From an uncultured virus (IMG/VR IMGVR_UViG_3300032320_000771) (Duplodnaviria; Heunggongvirae; Uroviricota; Caudoviricetes), in the IMG/VR virus record IMGVR_UViG_3300032320_000771: a DNA stretch of 20,000 nucleotides; one strand, 5' to 3'. Positions 14,393 through 20,000 of the stretch are shown here, in pieces. The translations under genes and the position numbers were made by a program. The notes under the pieces were generated by a model. The model was not told the origin of the DNA. It was given only the letters and a program-made list of their open reading frames with translations, and did no database searches. Positions within the stretch are counted from its first letter, which is position 1, and each line of letters opens with the position of its first letter.

Positions 14393-17137
14393 TTATTTCT
14401 CTTTCTTAGTATTTGTATCATATTTGTTTTTGTTTTCTTGTGCAATTTGTAGTTGTTTCTCTGCAATTTCCCTTTCTGTTTGTAGTCTTTCTCTTTCTAA
14501 CTGGTTTTTTTGGTTTTCAATAGTCATTCTATTTGTTTCTTTTTCCCTTTGTAAACCAGTTTGTTCTTGATACTGTTCTGTCTCTCTTATTTCTTTCATA
14601 GCATCTGCATAGTCTGACATTTGATTTTGGTTAACATCACCCATAGATCCATAACCAGCAGCTCTAATTTCTGCAACCAAGATATCTCTTTGTCTATCTT
14701 TTTCTTTCTCAGCAGCAACAGAATCAATTTTCATTCTCTCAATATCTTGTTGAGACTTAATTTGTTCTTGTTGCATTTGCTGTTGTTGTTGCATTTCTTG
14801 TTGTTTCTGAGCTTGTTGTTTTTGTTCAGAATCTTTAAGTACAACATTAAGAGCAGCAATTGAATCAGATTGTACTACTTTACCAAGATCATAAATAGAT
14901 GCTCCTGTAGTATTATTCTGAATAGCCATTTGTTTTAATTGCTCAAGTATAGCTCTATGATTAGCATTAGTACTGATAGCAATGTTTAAATCTCTAAGTA
15001 AAAGATCAGTACCGTTTATCTCAAAGTTTACTTTCTCATCTGCTGAAGTAATGTAAGTTAATCTTGCAGATGGTTTTGTAGAATGATAGTACTGAGCTAA
15101 GTCAGTTCTCATTTGATGCACTCTAGGCATTAGATAATCACAGTGCTGGATAAAGTATATCTCTGTTTGTGCATATGATGCTTGCATAGCTTGCTCTACT
15201 CCGGTAGCAGTAGACTGAGATAACTGTTGTCCCATTCTTTGAGGATTAACACCAATTACTTCATATGCTTGTTGCTTAAAGTAGTTAGCTAAATTAATCC
15301 TTGACATTAATCTATTTGTCTGTTCTAGATCTAACTTTTGGAAATGCTGGAAGTTTAATGCATTCTCTGTATTTGTAATAGATGTATCTAAAGGAAGAAT
15401 CTGGAAGTTCTTCATTGCAACATATGCTTTAGCATAGTTACCTTTACCCCAATCTTCACCTAATGAATGTCTAGGCAATGAGTTTTGATCAAGCATGATT
15501 ACAGTACCAAGTTCATCAATTAAGATATCTGCAATCTGATTGTTTACAATGTTGTATCCAATCTGGTATGGCTTCATTAAGTCAATTAAAGCTGTAGACT
15601 TTGTATTTCTATCTGAGAAGACAGATCCTTCTACAGGAAGCTTACATCCATATAAACTAGAATCTCCTTTGAACTGAAACTTAAGTGGTCCAATATGGTT
15701 TCTGTTTACTCCAATGTAAATAGGAGAAAAACCACCTGGGTTATTCATACCCCAGAAAGATGGTACATTAGGCCCTATCTTTACTCCTCCCCAAGTTTCA
15801 TTAATCCAAATCCAATCTATATGCTCTCCAAATAATAAATTATCTTTTGTTTTATTTTTAAAGAGTCTTGTATCATAGATTGGTTTATCTGTTATTTTAT
15901 AGTCTTCAGTAACTATATCATTAGTTACTTCACCTTCTTCTGTAATCTTTACAAGATGTCCTACTTTTCTTTGAGACTTCCAGTATGCTTGAGTTACTCT
16001 AAGTAGATATGCTGTACCTTGGTCATAATAATCTTCACCTTGAGAAAGTATTTGAGTAACAACATCTGCACCATCTAATACATTACCTGACATAAATGAT
16101 GTATACTGTCTGTATGCAAGTGAAGGCATATTTGTATTCCACTCATGTGTTTTTGTTCCGTCATAAAAAGAACCATCATTTTGAAGACCTCCAATATTAT
16201 AACCAGCAGATCTAATTGGATATACAGATTCTAATGCCTCATGTTGTTCTGTAGTAAGTAAGTGTCCGTACTTATCAATTACATCTGACACAGTAAACAT
16301 ATCTGTTTTTCCAACCCAGTTACCTTGTGATGTATATCTTACATCTGGAGACTTATGATAGAAAGTTAGAAGTGGATTCCATAACTCTACTTGATAGTCA
16401 TCCTCCATCATATGGAAATGCCAGAACTCTCTATCTGTAATAAGCATATCTCTAAACCCTCTTTCCTCTAGCTCATCCATTCTGAATCTTTCCACATCCA
16501 CTTTATGCTGATGCTCTGCCCATTGCTCTACCATTGAACGGTAATCCTTTTTAAAAAACTGTTCTATTTCTGGTAAACTTTTTAAATTCTCTGGTTGTAA
16601 TTGTTGTTTTGCTTCTTCAGAGTTAGGATCTAAACCTTGCTCAAGCATAGCAGATAACATCTTTGTTGCAGCATCTGCCATTAAAGTTTGTTCTACCATT
16701 CCTCTTTTTTGCTCTAACATTTCATTATAAGAGAAATCATCAATAGCTCTGTATGTAAGTTTAGTAGATCTTTTAGCAAACTCTGCTACTAGTACATTAA
16801 CAACATTTGGAATAATAGGGTAAAATTTTAATTCAAGTGCAGAAACATCTTCTTTTGTGAGTACTTCAATGATATCTTTATACTCATTGTTTTCTTCAAA
16901 TATATAGTCTGATCTATCAATTACTCCTTTTGCAAGTTTGTAGTTTTTTAACAATCTTCTAGCGTTTCTTCTGATTTGTTTTAATCCTTGCCATTCCAAC
17001 CAGTCTAGATTCCAAGCAGCCCATTCTTCAGTCTTATCTTTTTTAGGTAAAAACTGCAAAGGTTGGGTTATACTTCCCAACCTATTTTGTTCTACCTTAG
17101 CACCTTTCTTTAACTGTAATGCGTTATATACCTGCAT
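14393..17137 (-). CDS. Portal protein (crAss-like), 914 aa
   Basis: Directly follows terL. YPIIPNVVNVLVAE, SLxD-type ALIDLMKPYQ..YNIV, GVNPQRMGQ and TATGVEQA portal motifs, with a long Gln-rich C-terminal coiled coil. Confidence 0.9.
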   Translation of the reverse strand: MQVYNALQLKKGAKVEQNRLGSITQPLQFLPKKDKTEEWAAWNLDWLEWQGLKQIRRNARRLLKNYKLAKGVIDRSDYIFEENNEYKDIIEVLTKEDVSALELKFYPIIPNVVNVLVAEFAKRSTKLTYRAIDDFSYNEMLEQKRGMVEQTLMADAATKMLSAMLEQGLDPNSEEAKQQLQPENLKSLPEIEQFFKKDYRSMVEQWAEHQHKVDVERFRMDELEERGFRDMLITDREFWHFHMMEDDYQVELWNPLLTFYHKSPDVRYTSQGNWVGKTDMFTVSDVIDKYGHLLTTEQHEALESVYPIRSAGYNIGGLQNDGSFYDGTKTHEWNTNMPSLAYRQYTSFMSGNVLDGADVVTQILSQGEDYYDQGTAYLLRVTQAYWKSQRKVGHLVKITEEGEVTNDIVTEDYKITDKPIYDTRLFKNKTKDNLLFGEHIDWIWINETWGGVKIGPNVPSFWGMNNPGGFSPIYIGVNRNHIGPLKFQFKGDSSLYGCKLPVEGSVFSDRNTKSTALIDLMKPYQIGYNIVNNQIADILIDELGTVIMLDQNSLPRHSLGEDWGKGNYAKAYVAMKNFQILPLDTSITNTENALNFQHFQKLDLEQTNRLMSRINLANYFKQQAYEVIGVNPQRMGQQLSQSTATGVEQAMQASYAQTEIYFIQHCDYLMPRVHQMRTDLAQYYHSTKPSARLTYITSADEKVNFEINGTDLLLRDLNIAISTNANHRAILEQLKQMAIQNNTTGASIYDLGKVVQSDSIAALNVVLKDSEQKQQAQKQQEMQQQQQMQQEQIKSQQDIERMKIDSVAAEKEKDRQRDILVAEIRAAGYGSMGDVNQNQMSDYADAMKEIRETEQYQEQTGLQREKETNRMTIENQKNQLERERLQTEREIAEKQLQIAQENKNKYDTNTKKEK

Positions 17138-17143
17138 AACCTA

Positions 17144-19342
17144 TTATTTAATATTTTTAAATGCCGACCTTTTAAAGTCACCCATATTATTTCCTGTTTT
17201 ATTCCCCATGTGTTTAAACGGACTCTTATTTAATTTAAACAAATTTTCTGACTTTTGCAAGTTTTTAGCTGCTTCATCCATTATTGCTCTCCTTAAATAT
17301 CCTCTATTAGACTGTTGAATTTTCATGAATCCAACTAATGCTGCAAAAGAAACAAGTCTATCCACGTTTACTCCATCTGAATATTCCCTCATTTCTTTGA
17401 TTAACATTGGATCTGGAATTCTCTCTATACCATAAATTGTTTTAACTACAGTACCATCAGGTTTTACTTCCTGATCTAGTTCTTCTTTAGTATATTCTAT
17501 GGCATAACTTAAGAGGTGAGCTTTAAATAAAGTACCAGTATTCTTCCAACCATATTCCTGAAATACATTGTTATTTGATCCAAGATCTTTCAAGAACATA
17601 ATTTGACTTTTGGGAACCAGATACTTTTGTTTTCTTCTTTGTATCATGTATTGGATAAACAATGAAATATTGTTTTCTACAAGTGCCCATGCATTATACC
17701 ACTCTATTATTAACTCTAATTGCCTGTGTGTTTGATTTATATCATCATATCTACCACACCAGGCTGCTACTATTTTATCTTGTTCTATATATGTTTCTAT
17801 CTCTGTACCAGTATGTCTTGCTACTTCAACTGGTGCTTTCATTACATATATGGAACATAGTGATTCTGAAGTTGTTGTTTTACCTTCACCAACGGGGTCA
17901 ATAGAGGCATAGTACATACCAAATTTTATATCCTCAACCGGTCTTTCCCAAACAACTAAACATCCAGTTTTATCTTCTGTCTTTTTATTAACTGGAAATT
18001 CCATGATAGGCCTTTTATTACTTTTTGTAACTGATGGCTTACCTTCTAAGTCCGGAGATATATCTAGAAACTCATAAGCATATTCTTTTTCTTCTATCCT
18101 TCTTTCTTGTGCAGCAAGAAGATGTGGTGGGAATACAGATACTGTTCTATGTGCAAATGCTTCCCTAATGTTTCTAGGGTGCTGAGAAATCCTTAACTGG
18201 TAATCTTCTGGAGCAAGTTCTTCTTTCCATTGTTTAAACTGTTTATCCAATGCTTCTAGTGCATCTTCTACAAGTGAATTACCATAGTTATCTATGTGTG
18301 GTGGCATAGACCATTGTTCAGGAATAAACAAACCTGACAAACCAATAGTACCTTTATCATCTATTAAATCAGTTTCTACAGCATAAATATCTTTTGAAGT
18401 AGGATTCAGGATCATGTCTTTCAAAGGATTACACTGAGATAAATCACCCACAGATCCTGCAGCTATAAACATACCCGTAGTAATTAAACCAGATCTCATT
18501 GCTGGTCTCATATACTCATATGTCTGATCCATCTTAGGAGCAATACCTCCCTCTTCATGAAAGAAGAACTTTACCGGACCCCCTACACCATTTGTTGGAT
18601 CTTTCTCAAAGGACATACCTTGCATAGTTCCCTTGAGACCAACCTCATTCTTTCTATCTCCTTTTCTAACTTCTATCTTCTGTTGCCACATCATTACCTT
18701 GTGTGGAGTCATTGGTCTATACCAAGCAGTATGTTCATTTAAGAATGCAGCATATTCATCTAAGAATTTCCAAGAACCTTTCTCATTTATATAGTCTTTA
18801 AGACTTGCTCCTATCTTCAATGTAACCCCAGCTTCAAACCAAATTTGATTTAAAAGCTTAGCCATATGAAAATAAGAAGAAGCTATCTGACGTTTTTTAA
18901 GAATAGCTACATGCTTGTAGTTGAGTTCTGCCAGTATTTCATAGAGGGCCATGTGATACTGGGCATCCCGTATTTTGGCAAAGTCAAAAATTTGTTGCTC
19001 CTTATCAAATATTGGTAAGAAGTTAAGCCACATGTAGTAGTCTCTTGTAAGATACCAGGTCTTATCTGCTGATTTGTAGATAACTCCTCTCCTACATCTG
19101 AGCTTTTGCTCATCCCAGTAATTGATAAAATCTTTGGATTTAAAAGGAGAGTCGCAGTAATATCCATTTTTTCTGAATCCTCTTGATTCAAAATTAAATA
19201 ATAAGCTAGTGTCATCAAAGTTATATTTACCTGGTTCTTTAAATAAGTCTCTTACAAACTGTGCAAACTCTTCTCTTGAAGAAAAGTCTGTAACAGTCCA
19301 AGTACCATTATCATAGGTTGGTATGTTTTCAAATATCTCCAT
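17144..19342 (-). CDS. terL: Terminase large subunit, 732 aa
   Basis: Walker A-like ILKKRQIASSY, Walker B FFFHEEGG, RNase H-like nuclease YYASIDPVGEG, ALVENN and NVDRLVSF. Lies upstream of portal. Confidence 0.92.
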   Translation of the reverse strand: MEIFENIPTYDNGTWTVTDFSSREEFAQFVRDLFKEPGKYNFDDTSLLFNFESRGFRKNGYYCDSPFKSKDFINYWDEQKLRCRRGVIYKSADKTWYLTRDYYMWLNFLPIFDKEQQIFDFAKIRDAQYHMALYEILAELNYKHVAILKKRQIASSYFHMAKLLNQIWFEAGVTLKIGASLKDYINEKGSWKFLDEYAAFLNEHTAWYRPMTPHKVMMWQQKIEVRKGDRKNEVGLKGTMQGMSFEKDPTNGVGGPVKFFFHEEGGIAPKMDQTYEYMRPAMRSGLITTGMFIAAGSVGDLSQCNPLKDMILNPTSKDIYAVETDLIDDKGTIGLSGLFIPEQWSMPPHIDNYGNSLVEDALEALDKQFKQWKEELAPEDYQLRISQHPRNIREAFAHRTVSVFPPHLLAAQERRIEEKEYAYEFLDISPDLEGKPSVTKSNKRPIMEFPVNKKTEDKTGCLVVWERPVEDIKFGMYYASIDPVGEGKTTTSESLCSIYVMKAPVEVARHTGTEIETYIEQDKIVAAWCGRYDDINQTHRQLELIIEWYNAWALVENNISLFIQYMIQRRKQKYLVPKSQIMFLKDLGSNNNVFQEYGWKNTGTLFKAHLLSYAIEYTKEELDQEVKPDGTVVKTIYGIERIPDPMLIKEMREYSDGVNVDRLVSFAALVGFMKIQQSNRGYLRRAIMDEAAKNLQKSENLFKLNKSPFKHMGNKTGNNMGDFKRSAFKNIK

Positions 19343-19857
19343 TATTGATCATATGCCATTCCAATTCCACCTCTTACTCTACTAGATTGTTCTTCTTGTA
19401 GATCTTTATATGCACCCTTAAATGATGCTCTAATTGCTTCATAGTTTTTAGCAGCATTTACTAAAGCTGTAATATTACCATCGCGCCCGTGTGTGATAGG
19501 TGTAGTTTCCATATATCTACCTAATCTATCTAACATAGATGCAATTCCTTTATATGCTCTGGATGTAGGAGTTTCAAACATTCTCTGGCAGAACTGCAAT
19601 CCTATGTATATGTCTTCATCTTCTGTAGAGAAGTCTGCTTCTATTTGCTCTAGAATTAAAGACTCTTTATCTAAATCCGGTGTGTAAAAGAATGGATTTA
19701 GATCTGGATTAGGACAAGTCATATAAAACAAGTACTGATATATCTTGATATAGTTATCAGGATAGTTGTCCATAATCACTTTAAGAGCCTTTAGGGTATA
19801 GCAATGTTCTGTGGGAATTACTTTACCATTCTGTATGTCAAATAGTTTTACTATCAT
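19342..19857 (-). CDS. Conserved protein upstream of terL, putative terminase small subunit, 171 aa
   Basis: Translationally coupled to terL (TAATG). Helical C-terminal half ending in RVRGG. TerS role is inferred from position and size only. Confidence 0.55.
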   Translation of the reverse strand: MIVKLFDIQNGKVIPTEHCYTLKALKVIMDNYPDNYIKIYQYLFYMTCPNPDLNPFFYTPDLDKESLILEQIEADFSTEDEDIYIGLQFCQRMFETPTSRAYKGIASMLDRLGRYMETTPITHGRDGNITALVNAAKNYEAIRASFKGAYKDLQEEQSSRVRGGIGMAYDQ

Positions 19858-20000
19858 TTCTTTTTAATTTTATCTCTGTTATCATGTAAGTAGTGCATGA
19901 TTGCAATTACCTCATCTTTTAAATATGGTATTTCCATTTGTACTACATCTTTAACTATAGGATCTCCATTATGATCATAACTAGTTAAAGGATATCCATA
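19854..20000 (-). CDS. C-terminal fragment of upstream gene, probably a PD-(D/E)XK nuclease (runs off window)
   Basis: Open frame YGYPLTSYDHNGDPIVKDVVQMEIPYLKDEVIAIMHYLHDNRDKIKKK* ends in an ATGA overlap with the next gene. The PYLKDEV end resembles crAss-like PD-(D/E)XK nucleases. Catalytic motifs are outside the window. Confidence 0.6.
   Translation of the reverse strand, partial: YGYPLTSYDHNGDPIVKDVVQMEIPYLKDEVIAIMHYLHDNRDKIKKK

Noticed and set aside
14760..14830. CAA-rich poly-Gln tract as a tandem repeat or contingency locus
   Set aside because: It is an imperfect in-frame low-complexity stretch in the portal C-terminal coiled coil, typical of these portals.
18907..19218. 103-aa minus-strand ORF inside terL
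   Set aside because: Out-of-frame and nested within an uninterrupted terminase, with no supporting motifs.
11409..19342. Introns or inteins in terL, portal or MCP
   Set aside because: The ORFs are continuous and of expected size, with no intein splice or homing-endonuclease motifs seen.
1406..19687. All + strand ORFs in the track (1406, 2259, 8341, 9175, 10080, 10959, 11493, 12655, 14036, 14621, 17662, 18557, 19493)
   Set aside because: They lie antisense to well-supported minus-strand genes, have no recognisable motifs, and their hydrophobic Phe/Leu bias simply mirrors Lys/Glu codons on the coding strand.
71..19857. Stop-codon reassignment (TAG/TGA), known in some crAss-like phages
   Set aside because: Long genes are intact under the standard code. 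TAG (9743) and TGA (19854) appear to serve as real stops at gene junctions.

Overview
AT-rich bacteriophage DNA with every credible gene on the minus strand. Gene order and motifs match the virion/packaging module of a crAss-like (Crassvirales-type, Bacteroidota-infecting) phage. In transcription order it contains: the C-terminus of a probable PD-(D/E)XK nuclease, a putative small terminase, large terminase, portal, an acidic scaffold-like protein, major capsid protein, a conserved post-MCP protein, a cluster of nine small Lys-rich ORFs, a ring/connector protein, a Dps/ferritin-like protein, a putative auxiliary capsid protein, and unusually Cys-rich tail hub/fibre proteins. Three ORFs missing from the supplied track were found by hand (4271-4420, 8346-8390, 19854-20000). 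Three intrinsic terminators and a repeated TATATTA-w-A-r-TAT promoter-like motif are visible. The most intriguing signal is a 3'UTR hairpin (37-61). Its 11-nt loop UUUGUUGGUUU is complementary to an AAACCAA(C/U)AA element just upstream of the start codons of three other genes in the window, suggesting a trans-acting phage antisense RNA. All family assignments come from remembered motifs and synteny, not database searches.
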